From positions 25,283 to 89,282 of the forward strand of contig CACJML010000005.1 of the NCBI GenBank assembly GCA_902594515.1: 64,000 nt of DNA, in the 5' to 3' direction. Position numbers and translations under genes: made by a program. The stretch comes from an uncultured SAR86 cluster bacterium (lineage in GTDB: Bacteria; Pseudomonadota; Gammaproteobacteria; Magnimaribacterales; D2472). Each line of letters begins with the position of its first letter. Position 1 is the stretch's first letter. The notes beneath the pieces are model-generated. The model did not search any database and was not told where the DNA came from. It worked only from the letters and a program-made list of their open reading frames with translations. Positions 1 to 9,385 of the stretch are shown in pieces.

Positions 1-593
1 GCTATCCTCCTGGCGTCAAGTAATTGCTTTATGTCATATCCATTTCTGACACCGTCTTGATTCATACAATTTAAAACAATTTCACCGGCACCACGATCTT
101 GAACTTCTTTGATCCAAGAGTAGGTGAGTTTATTTGATTTAGTACGAGTAGTTGGATCTCCAGTTTTTGAGTAAACATTATATTGCTGATTCTTAAAGTA
201 GCTATCTATACCAACAACCACGCATTGAGATCCAAATTCTTTCGCAAGTTCTGTAATTAATTTTGGATTTTCAATTGCTGGAGTGTTAATTGATATTTTA
301 TCAGCACCCAAATTTAATATAGCTTCAGCCACTCTTATGTTTTTTATACCTCCAGCTACGCAGAATGGAATATTGATCTTATCTGCTACTTTTTTAACCC
401 AAGCAGTTTCAACAACCTCATTTTTTGTACTAGCACTGATATCATAAAATACTAATTCATCAGCATTATCTTTTGAATATTTGTATGCAAGGTCAGTAAT
501 TTCACCTACATCTTCATGATTATCAAACTGAACCCCCTTGACCACCTTTCCGTTTTTAACATCAAGACAGGGAATTATTCTTTTAGTTAACAT
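1..593 (-). CDS. hisF: Imidazole glycerol phosphate synthase cyclase subunit HisF (3' end runs off the window; about 197 N-terminal codons present)
   Basis: Not in the ORF track because no stop lies in the window. My translation from the ATG at 593-591 gives [23 protein letters not shown]..., a canonical HisF N-terminus. The start overlaps the hisA stop by 11 nt and the gene follows hisA in operon order. Confidence 0.9.
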   Translation of the reverse strand, partial: MLTKRIIPCLDVKNGKVVKGVQFDNHEDVGEITDLAYKYSKDNADELVFYDISASTKNEVVETAWVKKVADKINIPFCVAGGIKNIRVAEAILNLGADKISINTPAIENPKLITELAKEFGSQCVVVGIDSYFKNQQYNVYSKTGDPTTRTKSNKLTYSWIKEVQDRGAGEIVLNCMNQDGVRNGYDIKQLLDARRI

Positions 594-1299
594 TCAATAA
601 TTCCTTCAATTCTATTTTTTCTTCATAGATTGCCCTGCCAATAACAGCATGTTCAATCTTTATAGATATTAACTTTTGAATATCATTAATATCCCTTATT
701 CCACCTGATGCAATAATTTTAATATGGGGGAATTTACTTTTTAAAAAAGAATATAATTCATAATTTGGACCTGTCATCATTCCATCTTTTGAGATATCTG
801 TAACTAGCACATGAACTGGCGTAATTTCATCAATGAAATCAAAAATATCTATATCTGAAACCTCATTCCATCCATGGGACGCTAGACAATAAATATTATT
901 TTTTAATTCAACATCAAGTCCAAATACAATTTTTTTTGGATCAAATCTTTGCAAGACTTTTCTTGCAAAATCTTTATTAAGTATCGAGGTCCCTAAAATA
1001 ATTTTATTGATCCCTAGATCAAAAGCTTCTGTTATTGAATCAACGGATCGAATGCCGCCTCCCAATTGGATTTTAAGATCAGTATTAGATGCAATTTTAG
1101 AAATAATAGAGAGATTTAAACGATTGCCAGATTTTGCCCCATTTAAATCAACAATGTGGATTTCTTTGAATCCAGCATTTTCAAAAATCTTTGCCTGATC
1201 CATGGGTGATTCATTATAAATTTTAGATTTATCAAAATCTCCTTTGTTTAATCTCACGCATTTTCCATCAAGTATGTCTATTGCAGGTAAACATTTCAT
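583..1299 (-). CDS. hisA: ProFAR isomerase HisA
   Basis: 238 aa. N-terminus [17 protein letters not shown] and C-terminal GGIRD...AVIGRAIYE are typical of HisA. It lies between hisH and hisF and overlaps hisH by 4 nt. Confidence 0.9.
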   Translation of the reverse strand: MKCLPAIDILDGKCVRLNKGDFDKSKIYNESPMDQAKIFENAGFKEIHIVDLNGAKSGNRLNLSIISKIASNTDLKIQLGGGIRSVDSITEAFDLGINKIILGTSILNKDFARKVLQRFDPKKIVFGLDVELKNNIYCLASHGWNEVSDIDIFDFIDEITPVHVLVTDISKDGMMTGPNYELYSFLKSKFPHIKIIASGGIRDINDIQKLISIKIEHAVIGRAIYEEKIELKELLNVN

Positions 1300-1868
1300 G
1301 AGCTTAAGAATCTCTGTAAGAATTCATATCCAAGAGATCCTGATTTTTCAGGATGGAACTGAACGCCAGTAAAGTTTTTGATCGATGTCATTGCAGAAAA
1401 TTTATCTCCATAGCTGCTAATAGCAGTTGTTTGTTCGCTAACATCTGCATAATAGCTATTTGCAAAATAGTAATATCCATTTAAATCAGAATATGTCTTA
1501 TCAAATCGAACTTCATTCCACCCCATGTGGGGAACAGGTTGATCGGTTCTTGGTTTAAACTTTTTTACTTTCCCATCAAATATAGATAAACCATCTGTAT
1601 TTCCTTCGCTTGATGTTTCATACATGATTTGCATGCCAATACAAATGCCAAGTATTGGCTTTTCTGAAAGTTTTAGATATGAATCTAAGCCTTTATTTTG
1701 GAGCTGTTGCATAACGTTTGGAGCAGCGCCTACTCCAGGTAATATAATTTTCTCAGCATCATCAAGTGATTTTTTATTATCACTAATGAAATAATCAAAA
1801 CCTAAATTATCCACTGCATTAACAACAGAAGTATGATTGGCTCCACCATAATCAACAACGCCGATCAC
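1296..1868 (-). CDS. hisH: Imidazole glycerol phosphate synthase glutamine amidotransferase subunit HisH
   Basis: 190 aa. Class-I GATase motifs GICIGMQ (nucleophile Cys) and QFHPEKSG, in his operon context. Confidence 0.9.
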   Translation of the reverse strand: MIGVVDYGGANHTSVVNAVDNLGFDYFISDNKKSLDDAEKIILPGVGAAPNVMQQLQNKGLDSYLKLSEKPILGICIGMQIMYETSSEGNTDGLSIFDGKVKKFKPRTDQPVPHMGWNEVRFDKTYSDLNGYYYFANSYYADVSEQTTAISSYGDKFSAMTSIKNFTGVQFHPEKSGSLGYEFLQRFLSS

Positions 1869-3736
1869 TATAAGAATCCTTTTGTAGAAGATGAACCAGA
1901 ACTATTTAATTTAATCGCTTCACCAAAGGCTTTTGCAAAAGATTTAAATGATGATTCAACAATATGATGTGTATTTTCGCCTTTAGTTCTTAGATGACAT
2001 GTAAATTTTGCATTTTCGACTAAAGATTTAAAAAAGTGTTCAACCATTTCAGTAGGTAAGTCTCCAACAAACTCCCTTAATTTTGACGTTTGATACTTTA
2101 AATAAGATCTTGATGATAAATCTATAAGACAATCTGATTGGCATTCATCCATCACAACAGAAAAGTTACTTGAGTATCTATTAATATTTTTTCGATCACC
2201 TAGAGCCTCATTAATCGATGATCCTAAGGCTATAGCAATATCTTCAATAGTGTGATGTTCATCAATATGAGTATCCCCAATGCACTTAACGCTAAGGTTA
2301 ATGCCAGAATGTTTTGAAAGTTGTTCAAGCATATGATCAAGAAAATTTATTCCTGTACCGATTGAATAAAGCCCGTTTCCATCAAGATTTAAATTAATAA
2401 ATATTTCGGTTTCTTTGGATCTTCTAATCACAAACGACTCTCTTATAGTTAAGTGTGATTGTTTTTTTCTTACTGCTACTGTTTCTGCATGAGCGGTTAG
2501 TCCTTCAAGGTTAGCCATATTAGTAACAACTGGAGCAAGTGAATTAAATCCTTCTTGGTTTGCATACTGGAATGAAATAATTTTTCCAAAATCAATCAAT
2601 CCAAGACCGGATCTTGTTTTTGCCATGCCATTTGTTGGTAAAACATGATTTGTTCCAGAAGCATAATCCCCAAATGATACAGGTGTTAATGGACCACAGA
2701 ATATACTCCCCGCATTTAAAACTTCAGGAATATATGATGAGAAATTATTATCCAACAAAATCAAATGCTCTGGAGCACAATCATTAATGAGTTTAATTTG
2801 TTCTTTAATAGATCTCGTTTTAATGAGCAAAACATTTTTTATAGACTTAGATAAGACTTCGTTTCTTGGAAGACCTTTTACAGCAAGTGGAAGTTCATCT
2901 TTAATCAAATCTAAGATTTTTTTTGATTTTGATAGCACGTATGCTTTTGAGCTAGTGCCATGCTCAAGCTGAGACAATAGATCTAGAGCAATAACTCCAG
3001 GATCATTATAGTCATTTGCAACAACCATAACTTCACTTGGCCCAGCGGGTAAGTCTATGTCAGTGATGCTTGAAATTTGTTTTTTTGCTTCATTTACATA
3101 TTCATTACCTGGTCCAAATATTTTTTCAACTTTAGGAATTGATTTTGTTCCGTTGGACATAGCAAATATAGCTTGGGCACCACCTATTTTATAAATTTTA
3201 ACTTTTGGATTAATTTGTTTAGCAGCCCAAAGAATAGCTGGATGAATTTTTCTATTAGCCTGAGGAGGAGTACAAATATTAATATTCTTACAACCAGCAA
3301 GTGTTGCAGGTATCAACTGCATTAATAGGGATGAAACGAGTGGGGCAGTACCACCAGGGACATATATGCCAATTGTTCTAATGGGTCTAAATTCCTGCCA
3401 AATTTCAATTCCATTAATATTTTTTTGAGGAGCTCTTCTATAATGATCAAGTTGTTTCTCATGGTGAGCTTTAATATTCGTGATGGCCACTAAAATAGAT
3501 TTTTTGTCTTCGTCTGATAGAAGTGCTGAGGATTTAAGTATTTCCTGATTTTGAACTAAAAATGACTTAGGAGACTTTATTTTAAGTTCTTGATTTATCT
3601 TCTTAATGCCATCATCACCAAATTCTTTAACTATCAAACCAATGGATTTAACTTTATTAGTTAATGATTTATTGCTTGAGATTTTCCTATTCCAATCAAT
3701 AGGTTCTTTGAGATTATATGTATTAATATATTTCAT
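1868..3736 (-). CDS. hisD/hisB: Fused histidinol dehydrogenase (about aa 1-431, coords 2444-3736) and imidazoleglycerol-phosphate dehydratase (about aa 432-622, coords 1871-2443)
   Basis: Single 622-aa ORF. The HisD part carries YVPGGTAPL, SQLEHG and GDYASGTNHVLPT. The IGPD part carries RRSKETEI, FLDHMLEQ, IDEHHTIEDIAIALG and GENTHHIVESSFKSFAKA. There is no stop and no Met at the junction (...AVRKKQSHLTIRESFVIRR...). Confidence 0.85.
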   Translation of the reverse strand: MKYINTYNLKEPIDWNRKISSNKSLTNKVKSIGLIVKEFGDDGIKKINQELKIKSPKSFLVQNQEILKSSALLSDEDKKSILVAITNIKAHHEKQLDHYRRAPQKNINGIEIWQEFRPIRTIGIYVPGGTAPLVSSLLMQLIPATLAGCKNINICTPPQANRKIHPAILWAAKQINPKVKIYKIGGAQAIFAMSNGTKSIPKVEKIFGPGNEYVNEAKKQISSITDIDLPAGPSEVMVVANDYNDPGVIALDLLSQLEHGTSSKAYVLSKSKKILDLIKDELPLAVKGLPRNEVLSKSIKNVLLIKTRSIKEQIKLINDCAPEHLILLDNNFSSYIPEVLNAGSIFCGPLTPVSFGDYASGTNHVLPTNGMAKTRSGLGLIDFGKIISFQYANQEGFNSLAPVVTNMANLEGLTAHAETVAVRKKQSHLTIRESFVIRRSKETEIFINLNLDGNGLYSIGTGINFLDHMLEQLSKHSGINLSVKCIGDTHIDEHHTIEDIAIALGSSINEALGDRKNINRYSSNFSVVMDECQSDCLIDLSSRSYLKYQTSKLREFVGDLPTEMVEHFFKSLVENAKFTCHLRTKGENTHHIVESSFKSFAKAFGEAIKLNSSGSSSTKGFL

Positions 3737-4602
3737 TAATTCAATACCTTTTCAACTGGCATAACTAAAATGGAAGAAGCACCAGTCTTTTTTAAATTTT
3801 CCATGGTTTCCCAAAACACTGGCTCTTGACATAAGGCATGAATTGCAACTTTGTTCTTGTCATTTAAGGGAAGAATTGTTGGAGCATCAGCTCCTGGTAA
3901 CAAATTACAAATTTTTTCTGAATCCGATAGATCGCAATTCAACATTACATATTTACTTTCTCTTGCATCAATTACACCTTTAAATCTCTCTTTAAGTTGT
4001 GAAATTCTTTTTTGCTTAAGTTTGGATGATGTTGAATTTGCTATAAGAACTGCCTGAGAGGTTAATAATTCTTTGAATTCAACAAGATTATTTGCCTCCA
4101 ATGTAGCTCCAGATGACACTAAATCACAGATACAGTCAGCTATACCAACATAGGGAGTTAATTCAACTGATCCATTGATTTTAATTACATCTGCTTTCAA
4201 TGAATTTTCTTTTAAATATTTTTTTACTAATCCAGGATATGAAGTAGCTATTTTTTTATTATTTAATGATTTTATTTTTTTACCTTCAGGCTTGGCAAAA
4301 GCTAACTTGCATTTAGAAAAACCAAGATCTAAAACATTAACTGTTTTGCTGGATTTTCTTACCGATTTATATTCCAGCAGTACGTTTTCCCCAACAATAC
4401 CAAGATCGGCTACCTTTTTCTCAACCAATGATGGAATATCGTCATCACGAACTAACAATATATCAATATCAAAGTTTGATGATTTTGCTAGCAGTCGCTC
4501 ACCGTTTGTAGAAAATGAAATCCCACTTTTGGTTATCAAATCAATACTGTCTTGATTAAGCCTGCCTTTTTTTTGAATGGCTATAGTTAGTCGCTTACTC
4601 AT
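3736..4602 (-). CDS. hisG: ATP phosphoribosyltransferase, long form
   Basis: 288 aa. Motifs MSKRLTIAIQKKGRL and DLVSSGATLEAN; the length includes the C-terminal regulatory domain. Its TAATG stop/start overlaps the hisD::B start by 1 nt. Confidence 0.9.
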   Translation of the reverse strand: MSKRLTIAIQKKGRLNQDSIDLITKSGISFSTNGERLLAKSSNFDIDILLVRDDDIPSLVEKKVADLGIVGENVLLEYKSVRKSSKTVNVLDLGFSKCKLAFAKPEGKKIKSLNNKKIATSYPGLVKKYLKENSLKADVIKINGSVELTPYVGIADCICDLVSSGATLEANNLVEFKELLTSQAVLIANSTSSKLKQKRISQLKERFKGVIDARESKYVMLNCDLSDSEKICNLLPGADAPTILPLNDKNKVAIHALCQEPVFWETMENLKKTGASSILVMPVEKVLN

Positions 4603-4861
4603 TAATTAATTTCCTTAAGGCTATTTGATAGCCTTTGTTTGTTTCATTGAATAAAAATCGTGCAACCCGAGTAACCGTAGCAGTTGAGGTCTTTAAGGTT
4701 TTAGCAATATCCCTATACGACATATCTTTTTTATAAAGTAACTTTGCAACCTCCCATCTTTCTTCAAATGCATTTAGTTCCGATGGAGTACAAAGATCTT
4801 TAAGAAACTTCTCAATTTCTTTTTCATTTTCAAGTTTATTTATTGCTTTTGTTAATTTCAT
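4595..4861 (-). CDS. TrpR-superfamily HTH protein, YerC/YecD-like
   Basis: 88 aa. The pattern DLCTPSEL...RWEVAKLL...SYRDIAKTLKTSTATVTRVARFL matches my recollection of the YerC/YecD family (DLCT...R..VAK...STATISRV.R.L). It overlaps the hisG start by 8 nt, so it is the first cistron of the his operon. Confidence 0.7.
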   Translation of the reverse strand: MKLTKAINKLENEKEIEKFLKDLCTPSELNAFEERWEVAKLLYKKDMSYRDIAKTLKTSTATVTRVARFLFNETNKGYQIALRKLINE

Positions 4862-4876
4862 GCCGCTTAATATATC

Positions 4877-4896
4877 TGTTTTAGCATGTTAAAACA
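4877..4896. promoter_or_regulatory. Near-perfect 20-bp palindrome TGTTTTAGCATGTTAAAACA; candidate operator upstream of the TrpR-like gene and his operon
   Basis: Read directly: 7-bp arms TGTTTTA/TAAAACA around GCATGT, 18 of 20 positions self-complementary. It lies 16-35 nt upstream of the ATG at 4861. On the minus strand it sits between a possible TTGTTT (-35) and TATATT (-10). Confidence 0.4.
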
Positions 4897-4967
4897 ATAG
4901 AACACAATAAAATTTATGAAATCAATTCATTTATGGGTTAATATCATGTTTTTAAAGGGGTAAAAAT

Positions 4968-5441
4968 ATGGCAAAAATTAGTGATGCTTTTCCAGTAATT
5001 GATGTTTCAATTGTTTTAAACGGAGATATATCTCAAGTATCTACAGAAGAATTAGTTAAAGATAAGAGTGTTGTTCTTGTTGGTGTTCCAGGTGCTTTTA
5101 CACCAACATGCCATGCACAACATCTTCCTGGTTATATAAAAAATATCGACGAATTTACTGAAAAAGGCTACTCAGTAATATTTATGTCAGTGAATGATCC
5201 ATTTGTTATGAAGGCATGGGAAGAAAATTCAAATTCTAAAAATATAACTATGATTGCCGATGGCAATGGAAACCTTGCAGATTCTTTAGATCTAGCAATG
5301 GATGGTAGTGCATTTTCATTGGGCAAAAGATGTCAACGTTTTGCAATGATTATTCAAGATGGAACTATAAAGGAAATTAATACCGAGGATGGGCCTGGTT
5401 TGGATCGATCATCAGCTGAATCTATCCTTAAGTCTATTTAG
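4968..5441 (+). CDS. Peroxiredoxin, Prx5/PrxD type
   Basis: 157 aa with the PGAFTPTC peroxidatic-Cys motif. AAGGGG RBS upstream. Confidence 0.8.
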   Translation: MAKISDAFPVIDVSIVLNGDISQVSTEELVKDKSVVLVGVPGAFTPTCHAQHLPGYIKNIDEFTEKGYSVIFMSVNDPFVMKAWEENSNSKNITMIADGNGNLADSLDLAMDGSAFSLGKRCQRFAMIIQDGTIKEINTEDGPGLDRSSAESILKSI

Positions 5442-6314
5442 TTGAATAAGAAAAAGTATTTATTTGTAGGTTTGGGAACCATGGGTTTTCACATGGCTGG
5501 TCACCTATCTGCAAAAGGTTATGAGGTTTATGTCTATAACAGGACAAAAGCTAAATCTATAAAATGGCTTAAAACTTTTAAGGGAAGGGCACTCGATTCC
5601 CTAAACGAATTAGATGTTAACTTTGATGGAGTTTTTCTATGTTTAAAAAATGACTCAGCAATACAAGAAGTACTTTTTAAATCTAATTTAATAGATTGCC
5701 TTAAGATTAACTCTTTTATTGTTGATCATTCAACAACATCTCTTGCCCTTGTTAATGAAGTAATTTCTCATAAAAAATTAGTCTCTAAGAGCATATCATT
5801 TTTTGATGCACCGGTTTCTGGAGGTGAATCTGGAGCAATTAATGGAAAGTTATCAATTATGATGGGTGGTGGAAAAAAGAATAAGATACGAGTAAGAAGA
5901 TTAGTTAGCTCGTACGCAATATCCGTTGTTCATATTGGCGCAAATGGCCACGGACAAATAGCTAAAATGATTAATCAAATTTGTATTACTGGAATAATAC
6001 AGTCATTAGCTGAGGCATTATCTTTTGGCCGAGCAAAGCAAGTAGATATGAGTAGGGTAATGGAAGCAATCTCAAATGGGGCAGCTCAATCATGGCAGAT
6101 GGATAATCGCTCGATATCTATGGTTAAGGGAAGTTTTGACTTTGGCTTTGCGTTGGATTTAATGATAAAAGATCTAAACATAGTTATTGATGAAGCATCT
6201 AAAGAAAGAATAAATCTGGAAGTTACTGACCTAATAAAGAAGAAATACCAAACTCTTTCGAAATTGGGATATGGAAATGATGATACTTCAGCTTTGATCC
6301 GCCTTTTTGACTAA
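5442..6314 (+). CDS. NAD(P)-dependent beta-hydroxyacid dehydrogenase (3-hydroxyisobutyrate dehydrogenase family)
   Basis: 290 aa. TTG start directly abuts the prx stop. Rossmann motif VGLGTMG near the N-terminus and a DAPVSGG motif. Confidence 0.7.
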   Translation: MNKKKYLFVGLGTMGFHMAGHLSAKGYEVYVYNRTKAKSIKWLKTFKGRALDSLNELDVNFDGVFLCLKNDSAIQEVLFKSNLIDCLKINSFIVDHSTTSLALVNEVISHKKLVSKSISFFDAPVSGGESGAINGKLSIMMGGGKKNKIRVRRLVSSYAISVVHIGANGHGQIAKMINQICITGIIQSLAEALSFGRAKQVDMSRVMEAISNGAAQSWQMDNRSISMVKGSFDFGFALDLMIKDLNIVIDEASKERINLEVTDLIKKKYQTLSKLGYGNDDTSALIRLFD

Positions 6315-8399
6315 ATTCAGTAAAAAACTAGCCTCTAATGATCTTTCTTCAAATGAATTGATTCTTCCACTTTTACCACCATGACCACCAATTAAATTCA
6401 TCTTTAATAAAATTGGATTATCAGATGTTGAATATTCACGTAACTTTGGAACATATTTAGCGGGTTCAAAATATTGAACTTGAGAATCAAATAAGCTCGA
6501 TGTAACTAATACTGCTGGATAGTTTAAAGATTCTATATTGTCATAAGGAGAATATTTTTTCATATAAAAATACTCATCATAATTATCTGGATTACCCCAT
6601 TCATCATACTCAAATGTTGTTAAAGGTATTGTAGGGTCTGACATTGTTGTAAGAACATCAACAAAAGGTACCCCTGAGATAACGCCACTATATAGTTCTG
6701 GTTCAAGATTTATAATAGCCCCCATTAAAAGACCTCCAGCACTTCCACCTCTCGCAAAAACATTATTTTTATCACCATAACCTTTTTCTAGCAGTGCTTT
6801 TACTGAATCATTAAAATCAAAGAATGTATTCATTTTGTTTAGCATTCTGCCTTCTTCATACCAATACTTACCCATCTCACCGCCACCACGAATATTCAAA
6901 TAAGCAATAATAAAACCCCTGTTAAGTAAAGGTATTAGTGACTCTCTAAAGCTTGATTCTGTATTATTGCCATAAGATCCATACCCATAAAATAATATAG
7001 GTCTTTTAAAATCATTACCTTTTTTATATACCAATGTTGAGGGAACCATTGTGCCATCTCTCACCTCATTAAATAACCTTTTAATTTCATATTCACTCTC
7101 ATCAAAATTTATGATTTCTTTTTGCCAAACTTTTAAAGATTTATCAGATAATAAATCGACTGAGTATATGGCCGGTGGAGTATTTAGACTTGAATAATAA
7201 TAATGAATTATATTCTTATCATATTCTGCATATCTGCTTGATAGTAATGAGGCATAATAGCTCTGATCCTTAAAATTAATGTCTCGATGTTTAAGTGTTG
7301 TCTTATCATAAGTTCTAATTCCGGGTAGTCCGTTTGTCCGAATTTCAAGTAATAAAAAGTCCCTAGTAATTAAGAAATCTTGAATATATATATCTTCATT
7401 ATGTGAAATGATTTCATCGGCTTCATTTATATTGGTCAATGACTTAGATTCTGTGACCATAATTTTATAATTAGGACTGTTTGAGTTAGATCTGATATAA
7501 AAATAACTTTCTACATGATCAATTCTATATAAATGATTTTCTTCTCTAGGTAGAAAGGTGTATAGATTTTTTTTATTAATATTTAAATCAACAATTTTTA
7601 TTTCATTTGAATTAGTTTTTTCAATATTAATCATCAAAAAATCTTTAGATGTAGATTTATTAATATTTATTGAAAACTCTGGATCAACTTCTTCATAAAC
7701 TAAAGTATCTTTATCTTGTGTATCTCCTATCACATGCTTGTAAACTTTATTAGTAATAAGAGTTATTGGATCTTTTTTTAAGTAATAAACTGTATCCCCA
7801 GAATTATTCCACACTACAGAACCAGTGGTGCCTTGAAGCTCATCACTTATTAATTCTTTGGTTACAAGATTAATAAATTTAATGATGTATTTTCTTCTTC
7901 CATCATTATCTTCAGAAAAAGCAGCAATTGTATTAATTGGATTAGGATTTACTCTACCAGCTTGATAGTAATCTTGTGTCTCAAATTTTGTATTTGGATC
8001 TAAAACTACTTCTTCTTTGTTGTCAATTTTCCTGAAATAAACATCTAATTGCTTACTATCATATGATTTAGAAAAGTATGAAATACCATAGTTATCAACC
8101 GGAAATGAAACCTCTTTATCAGGGAGCTGGTTTATGAGTTCATTTAAAATTGATGATTGATAATCTACATTATTTTCGAACCACAAATCAGAATATATAT
8201 TTTCATCTTTTAAATAATTAATAATCTTTTGATCAGATCTTGAATCATCTCTAAGCCAATAATAATAATCTGTTCTAACGTCACCGTGTTTTTCAAGAAC
8301 AAAAGGTATTTTTTCTGGTTTAGGAGGATTCATAAGTGAGATATTGTCAGAACAACTTATTAAAATAAATATAACAAATAAAGAGCAAATAAATTTCAT
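6288..8399 (-). CDS. S9A prolyl oligopeptidase family serine peptidase (oligopeptidase B-like), predicted lipoprotein
   Basis: 703 aa. Lipobox LISC in MKFICSLFVIFILISCSDN. GGSAGGLLMG catalytic Ser motif, beta-propeller-length N-terminal region and the C-terminal catalytic triad region (…LIGGHGG…). Confidence 0.8.
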   Translation of the reverse strand: MKFICSLFVIFILISCSDNISLMNPPKPEKIPFVLEKHGDVRTDYYYWLRDDSRSDQKIINYLKDENIYSDLWFENNVDYQSSILNELINQLPDKEVSFPVDNYGISYFSKSYDSKQLDVYFRKIDNKEEVVLDPNTKFETQDYYQAGRVNPNPINTIAAFSEDNDGRRKYIIKFINLVTKELISDELQGTTGSVVWNNSGDTVYYLKKDPITLITNKVYKHVIGDTQDKDTLVYEEVDPEFSININKSTSKDFLMINIEKTNSNEIKIVDLNINKKNLYTFLPREENHLYRIDHVESYFYIRSNSNSPNYKIMVTESKSLTNINEADEIISHNEDIYIQDFLITRDFLLLEIRTNGLPGIRTYDKTTLKHRDINFKDQSYYASLLSSRYAEYDKNIIHYYYSSLNTPPAIYSVDLLSDKSLKVWQKEIINFDESEYEIKRLFNEVRDGTMVPSTLVYKKGNDFKRPILFYGYGSYGNNTESSFRESLIPLLNRGFIIAYLNIRGGGEMGKYWYEEGRMLNKMNTFFDFNDSVKALLEKGYGDKNNVFARGGSAGGLLMGAIINLEPELYSGVISGVPFVDVLTTMSDPTIPLTTFEYDEWGNPDNYDEYFYMKKYSPYDNIESLNYPAVLVTSSLFDSQVQYFEPAKYVPKLREYSTSDNPILLKMNLIGGHGGKSGRINSFEERSLEASFLLNLVKKADQS

Positions 8400-8413
8400 T
8401 TTTAGATACTAAC

Positions 8414-8442
8414 AAAAAAAGCCTGTTGTAACAGGCTTTTTT
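8414..8442 (-). terminator. Rho-independent terminator (bidirectional in form) after the 132-aa membrane protein gene
   Basis: AAAAAAA-GCCTGTT-GT-AACAGGC-TTTTTT read directly. The GC-containing stem is flanked by an A-run and a T-run, 17 nt downstream of the stop at 8459. Confidence 0.8.
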
Positions 8443-8458
8443 ATAATTGGATTATTAG

Positions 8459-8857
8459 TTATTTGCTTGGATTAAACCATAGGGGCGCTAGCGCTATTAA
8501 AAGCCCGCAAATGCCAACCAATATCATTATTGGGTTTGGGCCCGAAGCCTCTGTTCCAAAGTAAGCAATAAAATCTAAAGCCATTGGTGATAATTCAACA
8601 CCGGTATCCTGAAGCATTACAAATGCTTTTGCATGACCAGTATAAGAACTCATAATTGTGCCTCCAATGGTGAAGTTACCTGCAAAAACACCCAAAGCAA
8701 ACAACGAACAAATAATTTTACCTACTAAGTTAATACCTTTTTCAGCTGCAACTGAAGAAAATCTAGCAGCAACCCAAATAGAAAGCATTGTAAATATAAA
8801 GAACCCCGCATTTGCAATTCTTGCAGTGTGAAGGGTTGACCAAATTTCTGATTCCAT
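8459..8857 (-). CDS. Membrane protein of unknown function, paralog A (3 hydrophobic segments)
   Basis: 132 aa starting MESEIW, with AGGAGG RBS. About half of positions are identical by eye to the 133-aa neighbour. Shared blocks are WVAARF, VGK.I.SLFAL.VFA, GHA.AF, GVE.SP.A..FI and YGTEA. I do not recognise the family. Confidence 0.75.
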   Translation of the reverse strand: MESEIWSTLHTARIANAGFFIFTMLSIWVAARFSSVAAEKGINLVGKIICSLFALGVFAGNFTIGGTIMSSYTGHAKAFVMLQDTGVELSPMALDFIAYFGTEASGPNPIMILVGICGLLIALAPLWFNPSK

Positions 8858-8882
8858 ATTCTCCTCCTATAGATATACCTTA

Positions 8883-8912
8883 ATCATACAGATTTTTACT
8901 CTTTAGTAAAAA
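8883..8912 (-). promoter_or_regulatory. Predicted sigma70-type promoter (TTTACT-N16-TATGAT) with embedded inverted repeat TTTTTAC-N6-GTAAAAA, upstream of paralog A
   Basis: Read directly on the minus strand: TTTTTACTAAAGAGTAAAAATCTGTATGAT. The architecture and spacing to the ATG are the same as upstream of paralog B. Confidence 0.45.
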
Positions 8913-8959
8913 TTCATAAAGAGCCTCAATTAAATGAAGCTCTAAAGATTTAGCATTAA

Positions 8960-9361
8960 CTAGTCTGTTGTCTTAATCCACATTGGAAGTACCGCAATTA
9001 GTAATCCAGTAATTAAGAATGCAGCTGCAACCATGTTAGGCATTGTTAACGCTTCAGTACCATATGTGTCAATAAATCCCTGAGCTAGTGGTGAAATCTC
9101 AACACCTGAATTCTTTAACCCTTGAAATGCAACAGCATGACCAACAAATTGATTACCTATAAAAGTAAACATATTCCAGCCAGCTGCAAAAACTGATAAG
9201 GCAAATAATGAAACAATCACTTTACCAACAGTATTTGCACCTTTATCCATTGAAACACTAGCGAATCTAGCAGCCACCCATACAGCTATGACAACTCCTA
9301 AAAACAGTGTTGCATTAGCACCTCTTGATGTTTGAAAACTCATCCAAATTTCACTTTCCAT
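8960..9361 (-). CDS. Membrane protein of unknown function, paralog B
   Basis: 133 aa starting MESEIW, with TAGGAG RBS. It is a tandem paralog of 8459..8857. Confidence 0.75.
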   Translation of the reverse strand: MESEIWMSFQTSRGANATLFLGVVIAVWVAARFASVSMDKGANTVGKVIVSLFALSVFAAGWNMFTFIGNQFVGHAVAFQGLKNSGVEISPLAQGFIDTYGTEALTMPNMVAAAFLITGLLIAVLPMWIKTTD

Positions 9362-9385
9362 AATTTCTCCTATGTATTTGATTTA

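Noticed and set aside
4862-4967. I looked for a histidine leader peptide or attenuator (a run of His codons plus alternative hairpins) upstream of the his operon.
   Set aside because: The only mini-ORF here (MILTHK on the minus strand) has a single His codon and no terminator/antiterminator structure.
8921-8942. Imperfect hairpin GAGCCTCA-ATTAAA-TGAAGCTC after paralog B, a possible terminator.
   Set aside because: It has one mismatch in an 8-bp stem and only a broken U-tract on the minus strand. It is much weaker than the terminator at 8414-8442.
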